Shown: one piece after another, positions 1-9,036 of the stretch | Layout: each line of letters opens with the position of its first letter | Position numbering within the stretch: the first letter of the stretch is position 1 | IMG/VR virus record: IMGVR_UViG_3300030207_001508 | Coordinates: 1 to 27,413 of that record | Direction: 5' to 3' (one strand) | DNA from: a virus | Taxonomy: Duplodnaviria; Caudoviricetes | DNA: 27,413 bases | Translations under genes and position numbers: made by a program | Notes under the pieces: model-generated | Told to the model about the DNA's origin: nothing | Databases searched by the model: none | What the model saw: only the letters and a program-made list of their open reading frames with translations

Positions 1-438
1 AGAGAACATTGGAAGTTTTGTCAGAAGTATATGATTGATAATTTCCACTTCAGAATATTTAAAGAGTGGCTTGCATTATCAGTTTTATCAGGCGATTTAG
101 ATTTTCCTGACTATACTGCTAATTCAAAAAGATATTGCAAACCAAGATGGACTCCACCTGCACAACATTATGTAGATCCATTAAAAGAAATAAGAGCGTA
201 TCGTGAGGCAGAACAAGCAGGTTATATGAGTAAGTCACAAGTAATTGCACAGACAAATGGTGGCGATTATGACGATATTGTGTCTGAGATTGCAAGAGAG
301 CAAGATGTCGCTGATAGTTTAGGAGTTACATTAGATAAAGATCTAGACTTAGAAGTAGAGATTGGATCTGAGGGTAATGTGAATATCACTCCTCCTCCAC
401 CAAACAGATCTAAAAAAACACGCAAAAAGGCTGAGTAA
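1..438 (+). CDS. Phage portal protein, lambda gpB family, C-terminal part (5' truncated)
   Basis: Frame open from base 1 (REHWKFCQKYMIDNF...); W-x-PP...VDPLKE and GGDYDDIVSEIARE resemble lambda-family portal C-termini; lies upstream of protease/capsid. Confidence 0.85.
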   Translation, partial: REHWKFCQKYMIDNFHFRIFKEWLALSVLSGDLDFPDYTANSKRYCKPRWTPPAQHYVDPLKEIRAYREAEQAGYMSKSQVIAQTNGGDYDDIVSEIAREQDVADSLGVTLDKDLDLEVEIGSEGNVNITPPPPNRSKKTRKKAE

Positions 439-440
439 TC

Positions 441-887
441 ATGGCAAATGTAAGTGGTACAGAGATTAATTTGACTCCTACAGAAGGAATGAAATCTGCT
501 GCACGAAAGTATAAAAAATGGAAAGAAGAAGGTAGAAAGGGCGGTACACAAGTTGCAGCGGTACGAGCCTCGCAAATTATTAGTGGAAAAGAACTTTCAG
601 CGGATGTTGTTGTAAGAATGTTTAGTTTTTTCGCTAGACATGAAGTTGACAAAAAAGCAGAAGGTTTTAGTCCTGGAGAAAAAGGATATCCGAGTCCCGG
701 GGCTGTGGCATGGCACGCCTGGGGAGGGAACGCAGGGTTCTCTTGGAGTCGAGGAAAAGCTGCTGCGATTAAAAAGGCAAGAGAAAGAGGAGAAGTTATA
801 GATTTAGCAAGACCATATCCAAATGAACACGCAGCAACTATTACAAATTCTGAGGAATATGATACATTTAGGCGGTCCAAGGCATAG
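441..887 (+). CDS. Phage head-associated domain; probably the N-terminal part of the protease/capsid polyprotein cut off by a frameshift
   Basis: ATG 2 nt after portal stop; motifs RMFSFFARHE and AWHAWGG; ends RPYPNEHAA...FRRSKA where a second open frame (872 onward) runs into the capsid ORF. Confidence 0.7.
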   Translation: MANVSGTEINLTPTEGMKSAARKYKKWKEEGRKGGTQVAAVRASQIISGKELSADVVVRMFSFFARHEVDKKAEGFSPGEKGYPSPGAVAWHAWGGNAGFSWSRGKAAAIKKARERGEVIDLARPYPNEHAATITNSEEYDTFRRSKA

Positions 888-1042
888 ACTTTATATTTGG
901 TATAAAGGATAATGAGGAGGGTGCTGAACTTCAATCAATTAGGTTCAGACTTTCTGAATATTCTGCCTCTGAAGCACAAGCTTGGCTTGAGAGAAACGAG
1001 TTTGAACCTATCAAGTTTGAACCTGCTACTAACGAAAAAACT

Positions 1043-3175
1043 ATGGCTGAAACAACTAAAGTTGAAAAAAGAGCAGAACCTGATGCTTTAAAAACAGGAG
1101 ATTTTGTGTCTTGGAATGCTAGTGGAGGTCGAGCTAGAGGTAAGATTACAAAGATTGTAAGAGATGGACAGATTGATGTTCCTAGCAGTTCTTTTGTTAT
1201 TAACGGAACAGCAGATGACCCTGCTGCTTTAATTCAAATATATAGAGATGGCGAATCCACCGATATATATGCAGGTCATCGATTTTCGGCACTTACAAAA
1301 ATTGCTGATATTAGATCGATTGAGAATGGAGATAAATTTGAGCGTAAAGAGGTTACGGACTTCAAAAATGTAAAAGCAAGAACATTTGAGTTTCCATTTT
1401 CATCGGAATATCCAGTCAAGCGTTATTTCGGTAACGAAATATTAAGCCATGAAGAAGGAGCAGCAGATTTAGCACGACTTAATGATGGCGGTGCGGTTTT
1501 GTTTAATCACGATATGAACAAACCTATTGGTGTGGTGGAGTCAGCTCGAATTGACCCAGAAACCAAACGTGGTTATGCCAAAATTCGTTTCTCTCGCAAT
1601 AAGTTTGCATCTGAAATATTACAAGATGTCCAAGATGGAATATTAAGAGGTATTTCTTTTGGATATCAGATAAATGATATGGAGGAAGCAGAAGATGGCA
1701 TGAGAGCCACCAACTGGTCAGTTCATGAACTATCAGTTGTAACTGTTCCAGCTGATCCAACTATTGGTTTTGGTAGAAGTTTGATAGAACCCTCTCAAGG
1801 TAATAGTATTAGTATGGAACAAGAATCTCCTATCGAGGAGATTAATTCTGCGGTTGAACCCGCATCAACAACAGTCCGAAACATGGAAGAATCAACTAAA
1901 GAAACTGCGGTTGATACGGCTCCAGCCGTTGAAATCGACATCAAAGCCGAAGTACAACGTGCTATTGATGAAAACAATGCTCGTACAGCATCAATCACTT
2001 CGTTATGTCGTGAGTTTGGAGAGTATGGAGCAGAACAGCTTGCTGATTCACTTATAAAGGGAAATAAAACTCCCGAAGAAGCTAAAGCAGCTATCCTCGA
2101 TCTTGTTAAAAACAAGGCAGAGGCAGTTAATACCCCAATACGTTCTACTGACATGAGTACTAATGAAGTTGGCTTAGACCAAAAAGAAATTAAGCGTTTC
2201 TCTTTCTTAAGAGCATTAAACGCATTAGCAAACCCAACAGATCGTCAAGCTCAAGAAGCAGCAGCTTTTGAGAGAGAGGTATCTGACGCAGCTTCTAAGA
2301 AGTATGAGAAACCTGCAAATGGAATTTTAGTTCCTAACGAAGTTTTAAAAAGAGACTTGAATGTAGGTACAGCAACAGCTGGTGGTAACTTAGTTCCAAC
2401 AGAATTACTTGCAGGTTCATTCATCGACATTCTTAGAAAGAGAATGGCTGTGATGGCAACTAACCCAACAATGCTTACTGGATTGTCAGGAAACGTATCT
2501 ATCCCCCGGATGACCTCAACCAGCACTGCTTATTTCGTTGGCGAATCGGGTTCTCCAACAGAAAGTCAGCAAGCTTTTGATCAAGTCAACATGACACCTA
2601 AGACAGTTGGTGCATTTGTTGATTACTCAAGAAGATTACTTCTTCAATCTTCAATTGATGTTGAGTCAATGATCAGAGATGATATTGCAAAGGTTATTGC
2701 TACTAAGTTAGATAACGCAGCAATCTATGGTTCTGGTAGTTCTAACGAGCCTCTTGGAATTAAAGATACAACAGGTGTAGGAACACAAACAATCAGTACA
2801 TTTGGTACTTTTGCTGAGTACATCGGAATGGAGACAGACGTTGCAGCAGCTAACGCTGATGTAGCTAATATGTTCTACCTAATTAATGCTTCTGCTAGAG
2901 GTGCTTTAAAGTCAACAGAAAAAGCTTCAAACACAGCACAGTTCGTGTTTGAGAACAATGAAATTAATGGCTATCCAGCTATTGTTTCTAATCAGCTTGC
3001 AAACAACGATGTTCTCTTTGGAGACTTCTCACAGTTTGTGATTGGTATGTGGTCTGGTTTAGATCTAACTGTAGATCCATATGCAAATGCAACAGCAGGT
3101 AGCGTAAGAATCATTGCGTTACAGGATGTTGACTTTGCTGTTAAGCAACCAGGTGCGTTCTGCTTCGGAACATAA
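1043..3175 (+). CDS. Fused Tudor/SH3-like domain, HK97-type prohead protease and HK97-fold major capsid protein
   Basis: LKTGDFVSWNASGGRARGKI (Tudor-like); protease motifs LFNHD, GISFGY, ELSVVTVPAD; capsid motifs GGNLVPTELLAGSFIDILR, AYFVGE, GSGSSNEPLGI, LFGDFS; frame is open upstream to 872. Confidence 0.93.
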   Translation: MAETTKVEKRAEPDALKTGDFVSWNASGGRARGKITKIVRDGQIDVPSSSFVINGTADDPAALIQIYRDGESTDIYAGHRFSALTKIADIRSIENGDKFERKEVTDFKNVKARTFEFPFSSEYPVKRYFGNEILSHEEGAADLARLNDGGAVLFNHDMNKPIGVVESARIDPETKRGYAKIRFSRNKFASEILQDVQDGILRGISFGYQINDMEEAEDGMRATNWSVHELSVVTVPADPTIGFGRSLIEPSQGNSISMEQESPIEEINSAVEPASTTVRNMEESTKETAVDTAPAVEIDIKAEVQRAIDENNARTASITSLCREFGEYGAEQLADSLIKGNKTPEEAKAAILDLVKNKAEAVNTPIRSTDMSTNEVGLDQKEIKRFSFLRALNALANPTDRQAQEAAAFEREVSDAASKKYEKPANGILVPNEVLKRDLNVGTATAGGNLVPTELLAGSFIDILRKRMAVMATNPTMLTGLSGNVSIPRMTSTSTAYFVGESGSPTESQQAFDQVNMTPKTVGAFVDYSRRLLLQSSIDVESMIRDDIAKVIATKLDNAAIYGSGSSNEPLGIKDTTGVGTQTISTFGTFAEYIGMETDVAAANADVANMFYLINASARGALKSTEKASNTAQFVFENNEINGYPAIVSNQLANNDVLFGDFSQFVIGMWSGLDLTVDPYANATAGSVRIIALQDVDFAVKQPGAFCFGT

Positions 3176-3176
3176 T

Positions 3177-3509
3177 ATGAAGGTCAAATTGCTACGACCA
3201 ACAATGATAGCTGGAGTCCCAACGGACTCTGGTTCTATTGTTGATATTAAGGAGCAAAGTGGGGAGTATTTAGTAGCTATTGGAAAAGCGGAATTAGTTG
3301 TTGAGACTTGTGAAGCACCTACTGCTAGTACAGAACCAGAAGTCGAGTCAGAAGATGCCGATAGCGACAAGGTTGATTTTTCTCAAATGACAAAATCACA
3401 AATTGAAACTTATGGCCGTCAGTTAGGAATAGAACTCGATAGAAGACAAAACAAAACTGATCTAATTACAAAATTAGAAGAGTTTATTTCTACTCAGGAG
3501 GAATCTTAA
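3177..3509 (+). CDS. Small head-associated protein (gpFI-like position) with C-terminal Rho-N/LEM-like helical domain
   Basis: ATG at 3177 just after capsid stop, preferred over the 3114 start; acidic linker then DFSQMTKSQIETYGRQLGIELDRRQNKTDLI. Confidence 0.6.
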   Translation: MKVKLLRPTMIAGVPTDSGSIVDIKEQSGEYLVAIGKAELVVETCEAPTASTEPEVESEDADSDKVDFSQMTKSQIETYGRQLGIELDRRQNKTDLITKLEEFISTQEES

Positions 3510-3510
3510 A

Positions 3511-3894
3511 ATGTCTGTTATTCAACAGAACTTAGAAAAACTTACTGTTGTTGCTGGTGTTGCTACTGCTGCTGTAACAAGCACAGCTACATCAAGTGCA
3601 ATAGATCTTCTCGAATACGATGGAGATGTAATGCTAATTTTGGATAGTGCTGCTGGTGGCGGTTCTTCTCCAACATTAGATATTAAAATTACTGAATCTG
3701 ATGCTTCAAGTGGTACATACACAGATTTATCTGGTGCTACTTTTACTCAAGTAACAGGATCTGCTTCAATGCAAACACTTGCAATTAACAAAGATGAGTG
3801 TAAGCGTTATATCAAGATTGTTCAGACAATCGGTGGATCATCCCCAACCTTTACTTTTAGTATCAACTTAGTTGGTCTTAAAAAGTACGGCTAA
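3511..3894 (+). CDS. Putative capsid decoration/cement protein
   Basis: GAGG upstream; beta-rich Ser/Thr/Ala protein with AIDL and KRYIKIVQTIGG; last gene before an intrinsic terminator, consistent with high copy number. Confidence 0.6.
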   Translation: MSVIQQNLEKLTVVAGVATAAVTSTATSSAIDLLEYDGDVMLILDSAAGGGSSPTLDIKITESDASSGTYTDLSGATFTQVTGSASMQTLAINKDECKRYIKIVQTIGGSSPTFTFSINLVGLKKYG

Positions 3895-3901
3895 AATATT
3901 T

Positions 3902-3927
3902 AGCCCTCAAATGAGGGCTTTTTTTTT
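3902..3927 (+). terminator. Rho-independent terminator ending the head gene block
   Basis: Stem AGCCCTC-AAAT-GAGGGCT with T run 3919-3927. Confidence 0.85.
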
Positions 3928-3930
3928 CTC

Positions 3931-4209
3931 ATGGCATTTACTGAAGATTTAGATATTTTTTTGGCAGACTTTGGAGATACTGTTGAGTATCTTGGTGTTA
4001 ATTACAAAGGAATATTAGAGCAACCTGACGAGATTGTTGCTGATGGTTTAGTAATGACAACTGACTATGAGTTAACAGCTAAAACTTCTGAATTAGGATC
4101 TTTAGTTTTTGATGATGTTGTAAAAGTAAATTCAGAAAATTATAAAGTTAGGAGTGCAAGAAAAATAGATGATGGTAGTTTTTGTTTAGTAAGCTTAACT
4201 AAAACATAA
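3931..4209 (+). CDS. Head-tail joining/closure protein (gpFII-like)
   Basis: 92 aa; FLADFG...YKVRSARKIDDGSFCLVSL pattern; position. Confidence 0.7.
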   Translation: MAFTEDLDIFLADFGDTVEYLGVNYKGILEQPDEIVADGLVMTTDYELTAKTSELGSLVFDDVVKVNSENYKVRSARKIDDGSFCLVSLTKT

Positions 4210-4211
4210 TC

Positions 4212-4640
4212 ATGGCAAGTAAAAGAGAACAGATTATAGCTGCATTAAAAACAACCCTTGCAGGTACTACAGGAGTATCTACTCGGATTTATAGATCACG
4301 AATAGAACCTATAACAAATGGAGAGTCCCCTGCGATTGTTATAGAACCTGTTACTGATGAGCCTTCTATAAACAGTACAAGCTATTTAAAAATAGATTGG
4401 ACTTTGCGTATAAGGATTGTTGTTATTGTTAGGGGAACTATTCCTGATAATGTTGGAGATCCAACTGTAGAAAGCTTATTTACAAAAGTACTTAATGATC
4501 CAACTGTTGGCGGTCTTGCAAAAGACATAAGACCAGCGACTCAGACATTTGAAGTTTTAGATGCAGATCAACCAGCAGGTCTTATAACCTGTGAGTTTGA
4601 AATTGATTACAGAACTTCATATAACAGTTTGAGTACATGA
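4212..4640 (+). CDS. Tail terminator/completion protein (gpU-like)
   Basis: REQIIAALK...RIYRSR...PAIVIEP...DPTVGGLA...FEIDYRT; precedes tail tube. Confidence 0.7.
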   Translation: MASKREQIIAALKTTLAGTTGVSTRIYRSRIEPITNGESPAIVIEPVTDEPSINSTSYLKIDWTLRIRIVVIVRGTIPDNVGDPTVESLFTKVLNDPTVGGLAKDIRPATQTFEVLDADQPAGLITCEFEIDYRTSYNSLST

Positions 4641-4681
4641 TTTATAATTAGGTCATACCCTAACAACCCAAAGCGTTTAAT

Positions 4682-4834
4682 ATGGAGTATGAAATCCCAA
4701 ATGAGGGTGGAACTTACATCCTTAATCCAAAAACTGGCAAGGCAAAGCTAGTCCAACAAACTTCACAAGCTGAACCCCCTAAAGAGGTAACAACTGATGG
4801 CACTACTGACAAGAAAGAGAGTAATTCTGATTGA
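4682..4834 (+). CDS. Small hypothetical protein (50 aa), not in ORF track
   Basis: MEYEIPNEGGTYILNPKTGKAKLVQQT...SD; fills the 4641-4796 gap and overlaps the tail tube start; TATAAT at 4643. Confidence 0.55.
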   Translation: MEYEIPNEGGTYILNPKTGKAKLVQQTSQAEPPKEVTTDGTTDKKESNSD

Positions 4835-5729
4835 AGCGGAAAGTTCTTATGGAACTGATCCGAGCATGGCTACTTCAACAGTTGTTCTCGTAACAGATTT
4901 AAGTATTACACCACAATCAAGTGATGTTGTTAACAGAGATGTTGTAAGACCATTCTTAGGTGCATCTGAACAGCTACTTGCTAATACTAGAGTTGAGTGT
5001 ACATTTTCAGTAGAACTTGCTGGATCTGGCTCGGCAGGGACGGCTCCGAGATATGGAGATGCCATCAAAGCCTGTGGGTTTGCGGAGGCAATTGTAAGTA
5101 GCACCTCTGTTACATACACTCCTGTGTCAGCTAGTTTCTCATCTGTCAGTATTCACTACAACGTAGATGGAGTAAGGCATATTGTTACAGGTTGTCGAGG
5201 AAGTTTTGTAGTCAATACAGAGGTAGGCTCGATTCCTACAATCGAATTTACATTCACTGGAATCTATAATGCCCCTACTGATACTGCTCTACCTACTATT
5301 GCTTATGGTAATCAAGCGACACCTCTAATATTTAAAAATGGCAATACTTCTGGTTTCCAACTTTTATCTTATGCAGGTGCTTTGCAATCATTAACAATGG
5401 ATGCAGGTGTATCTACAGTTTATAGAGAACTTGTTGGAGGAACAAAAGAAGTAATTATTACTGATAGAGCATCTAGTGGATCTGTAACTATAGAAGCACC
5501 AACAATTGCACAGAAGGATTATTTTACTGCTGCATTAACTGATAGTACACTAGGTAACTTGCAGTTCTTACATGGAACTACAGCAGGTAATAAAGTACAG
5601 ATTATAAGTAGCAAAGTTGATATTGGAGATGTCAACTACGGAGAGATGGATGGAGTGGCAATGCTTGAGATTCCATATACTCTTGTACCAAGTGCATCAG
5701 GTAATGAACTTAGCTTAATATATACATAA
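4797..5729 (+). CDS. Major tail (tube) protein
   Basis: GAGG RBS; 310 aa beta-rich; ESSYGTDP and ELAGSGSAGTAPRYG motifs; precedes chaperone and tape measure. Confidence 0.85.
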   Translation: MALLTRKRVILIEAESSYGTDPSMATSTVVLVTDLSITPQSSDVVNRDVVRPFLGASEQLLANTRVECTFSVELAGSGSAGTAPRYGDAIKACGFAEAIVSSTSVTYTPVSASFSSVSIHYNVDGVRHIVTGCRGSFVVNTEVGSIPTIEFTFTGIYNAPTDTALPTIAYGNQATPLIFKNGNTSGFQLLSYAGALQSLTMDAGVSTVYRELVGGTKEVIITDRASSGSVTIEAPTIAQKDYFTAALTDSTLGNLQFLHGTTAGNKVQIISSKVDIGDVNYGEMDGVAMLEIPYTLVPSASGNELSLIYT

Positions 5730-5780
5730 CTATTGACTTCCTAGCTAAAGTATAGAAGTATATATATTATTTAGTTTTTT

Positions 5781-6113
5781 ATGGCATTTGTTCGTAAAAA
5801 GACCAAGGTCTATCCTTGGCCTGTGGAAGTAGAACGTCCTTCTGAATCGATACCGGGCGAGTTTGAGAAAACATCATTTACAGGAAAATTTGCACGATTA
5901 TCAAGAACAGAATTAAATAAATTTGAGGACGAGGATGAGTATTCTGCTTTATCAAAAATTTTAGTTGGTTGGGAAGATGTCAACGAAGAGGATGGTACTC
6001 CTATATCTTTCAGTAAAACAATGTTAAAAGAGTTTGCAGAAGATACAGATTTTGTTGCGGCAGTATTAGCAGCATTTAAAAAATTCTATGCAAATGCACA
6101 AGTGGGAAACTAA
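5781..6113 (+). CDS. Tail assembly chaperone (lambda gpG-like)
   Basis: ILVGWEDVNEEDGTPISFS motif; ends GTG GGA AAC TAA slippery site. Confidence 0.85.
   Translation: MAFVRKKTKVYPWPVEVERPSESIPGEFEKTSFTGKFARLSRTELNKFEDEDEYSALSKILVGWEDVNEEDGTPISFSKTMLKEFAEDTDFVAAVLAAFKKFYANAQVGN
6104..6110 (+). promoter_or_regulatory. Programmed -1 ribosomal frameshift heptamer G GGA AAC
   Basis: X XXY YYZ in the correct phase directly before the gpG stop; -1 frame open 6110-6460. Confidence 0.85.
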
Positions 6114-6460
6114 CTGATGCTGCCATATACTGGGCTTCGGGTGGCAAACAGATAATAGATAGTACCGAGGAAGATGCAAAAGCATTCGGTATCAAAATAG
6201 AGAAGCAACCAGAGGTAAGTACTGATTTTGAAGTATGGGATGATAATTGGGAAATTGTTATGATGTTTTTAAGAATACAAACACAATGGAATATGTCCTT
6301 TGGAGGTGTAGTAGGATTAAAATACGAGGTTCTATTGCTTGCTGGAGGTCTATTTGACCTTTACAATGTAGAAAACCGCCAAGAAATGTTAGAGGGCTTA
6401 CAACTTATGGAATCTGTAGCTCTTCGTGAGATAAATAAGGAGAAGAAGAGTGGCAGCTAA
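6110..6460 (+). CDS. gpT-like extension (DUF1799-like) expressed as a G-T fusion of about 226 aa
   Basis: -1 frame reads LTDAAIYWASGGKQ...FEVWDDNWEIVMMFLRIQTQW...GLKYEV; includes the 6260-6460 ORF in frame. Confidence 0.8.
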   Translation, partial: LTDAAIYWASGGKQIIDSTEEDAKAFGIKIEKQPEVSTDFEVWDDNWEIVMMFLRIQTQWNMSFGGVVGLKYEVLLLAGGLFDLYNVENRQEMLEGLQLMESVALREINKEKKSGS

Positions 6461-8669
6461 AAAGCTAGAAAAGTTTACTATTGAAATAGATTTAAAAGGT
6501 TTAGAAGATCTTACTGGATTAACACGTTCACTAAAACAATTAGACAAAGCATTTAAACCCTTAAATCAAACAGGAATAAAAAGTCTTAATAATAATATAA
6601 AAACAACAATTGCACTTGTACCAAAAAGTGTAAATCAATTTAAGCAGAAAGAAAGAACATTAAAAGCACTTAGGAATGAAGTAAAGATTGGTGGTGCTGA
6701 ATTTAAAAAACTTGGAGCAGCAATTGATGCAAATGCTGCAAAATTAAAATCATTTACACAAATCCAACCAAAAGGAATGTTTGGAAGACTCAAGGCTTCT
6801 AAATTTGGAGTTGGAGGTAGAGCAGCACTTGGTGCAATGGCTGGTTCTATGGCAGGTCAATTTGGAGCTACAGGTCAAATGGCTCTGACAGGTGCTGCTT
6901 TAGGAGGCCCAGCAGGTGCTGCTGCAGGTGCTGTTATTGGTGGAACAATAGATACTGTTAAAGCAGCTAGTGCTGCTGCACAATATTCTGCACAAATACA
7001 AAAGTTAGAAGTTGCATTGAAAGGTGTAACTAAAACACAACGAGAATTTGCAAAGGCACAAAAAATTATATCTGATACATCGAGAAGATTAAATGTTCCA
7101 TTAGGAGCAGCCACCAAACAATTTACTACTTTATCTGCATCTGTTATTGGTGCTGGAGGAAATGTAGATGATGCAGAAAAAGTATTTAAAGGTGTATCTG
7201 AAGCTATTAAAGCAACAGGTGGAGATGCAGAGGATGTACAATCTGCAATCCGTGCGATGTCGCAAATTTTTGGTAAAGGTAAGGTGTCGGCTGAAGAATT
7301 ACAAGGTCAGCTCGGAGAAAGATTACCAGGAGCCGTGGTTAAATTTGCTACAGCAACAGGACGAACACTACCTGAGTTACAGAAAGACTTGAGAGATGGA
7401 ACTGTAGGTCTAAATGACGTTATGAAGTTTGTTGTCAAGCTTAGTGAAGATCATGCTGACGCTGCTGAGAAGATGGCAAATTCTCAAGCAGATGCAGGTC
7501 AGAAAATGACAGTTGCATTAAGAGAATTACAAAAAGAATTTGGAGATTTATTTGTTCCTGTAGGTGCAATGATTCAGAGATTTATTGCAAGTTTGGCAAA
7601 TATGTTGACAGCAATAGTTAAATTTTTCAAAGGTGTTAAGAAGGAAAATAACGAAATGGCTGCACAAGAATTTGCATTGGAACAGGTTGGAGGTAGAGAT
7701 GCTTTGACCAAGACTGGCAAAAGGAGACTTGCAAAAACAGGAGTTTTTGATGAAAGTATGCTTCAATCTGATAAACGATCTCAATTTAGTTTTATTAAAG
7801 ACCAGCGTTTAGATTTCTTAAACAAAGAAGACGAAGATACACCAAGTAAATTTGATGATCCTGTATCAGAAGATAAATTAAATGAAAAACTTGCAAAACG
7901 TCAGTTACAACTAGGATTAATAACTCAAGAAAAATTTGATCAATTAGCACTTGATAGAGAAGCACAATTAATTTTTGATGAAATGTCAGAAATACAAGGA
8001 GAAAAATTTAAACTTACACTTGATGAGATTAAACAAAAACTAAAAGACAATAAACAAGAAACATTTAATTTTAAAGAAGAATTAAAAAAAGTTGCAGAAT
8101 CTGCAATGGATTTAAAATCGCAGATTGGGGAACTTGCAGTAAATGCTGTAAATAAACTTGCGGATGGTTTTGTCGAACTTGCAATGACAGGTAAAGCAAG
8201 TTTTGGAGAGTTAGCAAGATCAATATTAGCTGATTTACAAAGGATGATATTAAAAGCATTATTTTTTAAAGCGTTATTTGCATTAGCACCGGGCTTAAAA
8301 ACTTTCTTAGGTTTTGAAAAAGGTGGTGTTGTAGAAAGTGCTAAAGGTAATGTATTCGCAGAAAATAAAGTTGTTCCGTATGCGTCAGGGGGTGTAATTG
8401 ATAAGCCAGTAATTTTCCCAATGGCACGAGGAATGGGGTTAGCTGGGGAAGCTGGACCAGAGGCCATCATGCCATTGAAGAGAGGCAAAGGAGGAAGATT
8501 AGGAGTTGAATCTTCTGGTGGAGTTGGTAATGTTGTGGTAAATGTAGATGCATCAGGTTCTAGTGTTGAGGGCGATGATGCTCAAGCATCAGCACTTGGA
8601 AAGATGTTAGGGGCTGCTGTACAAGCCGAACTTGTTAAAGCAAAACGACCAGGAGGCATACTAGCTTAA
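6450..8669 (+). CDS. Tail tape measure protein
   Basis: AMSQIFGKGKVSAEELQGQLGERLPGA core; C-terminal AGEAGPEAIMPLKRG and KRPGGILA of lambda-type TMPs; helical, Ala/Gly-rich segments. Confidence 0.93.
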   Translation: MAAKKLEKFTIEIDLKGLEDLTGLTRSLKQLDKAFKPLNQTGIKSLNNNIKTTIALVPKSVNQFKQKERTLKALRNEVKIGGAEFKKLGAAIDANAAKLKSFTQIQPKGMFGRLKASKFGVGGRAALGAMAGSMAGQFGATGQMALTGAALGGPAGAAAGAVIGGTIDTVKAASAAAQYSAQIQKLEVALKGVTKTQREFAKAQKIISDTSRRLNVPLGAATKQFTTLSASVIGAGGNVDDAEKVFKGVSEAIKATGGDAEDVQSAIRAMSQIFGKGKVSAEELQGQLGERLPGAVVKFATATGRTLPELQKDLRDGTVGLNDVMKFVVKLSEDHADAAEKMANSQADAGQKMTVALRELQKEFGDLFVPVGAMIQRFIASLANMLTAIVKFFKGVKKENNEMAAQEFALEQVGGRDALTKTGKRRLAKTGVFDESMLQSDKRSQFSFIKDQRLDFLNKEDEDTPSKFDDPVSEDKLNEKLAKRQLQLGLITQEKFDQLALDREAQLIFDEMSEIQGEKFKLTLDEIKQKLKDNKQETFNFKEELKKVAESAMDLKSQIGELAVNAVNKLADGFVELAMTGKASFGELARSILADLQRMILKALFFKALFALAPGLKTFLGFEKGGVVESAKGNVFAENKVVPYASGGVIDKPVIFPMARGMGLAGEAGPEAIMPLKRGKGGRLGVESSGGVGNVVVNVDASGSSVEGDDAQASALGKMLGAAVQAELVKAKRPGGILA

Positions 8670-8672
8670 TCA

Positions 8673-9029
8673 ATGGCAAACTTTAATACCACAGTAAATT
8701 TAGAACCTGATTTTGGGGTAACAAAAACCTCAAAGCCGATAAAACGTGTACTACGCTACGCTGATGGATATGAGCATCGTTTAGTTTTTGGGTTGGCTGC
8801 ACACCAAAACGCTAAAGTATATTCTCTTACTTTTGAAAATATTACTGAAGCAGAAAGCGATACACTAGAAGGATTTCTTGATGCTCGTGCTTTAGATAGT
8901 GCAAGTTTTGATTTCACACCTCCTAATGATGTACAGGGAAAATATGTTTGTGATAATTGGACAAAACGTATTCCTTTTCCTAATAGAGCAACAATAAACG
9001 CAACATTCAGACAAGTTTTTGAACCTTAG
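8673..9029 (+). CDS. Minor tail protein, lambda gpM-like (distal tail)
   Basis: YADGYEHR, FLDAR, SFDFTPP, ATFRQVFEP. Confidence 0.88.
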   Translation: MANFNTTVNLEPDFGVTKTSKPIKRVLRYADGYEHRLVFGLAAHQNAKVYSLTFENITEAESDTLEGFLDARALDSASFDFTPPNDVQGKYVCDNWTKRIPFPNRATINATFRQVFEP

Positions 9030-9036
9030 ATAACTA

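Noticed and set aside
5733-5765. Sigma70 promoter from TTGACT before the chaperone
   Set aside because: No good -10 hexamer at 16-18 nt spacing
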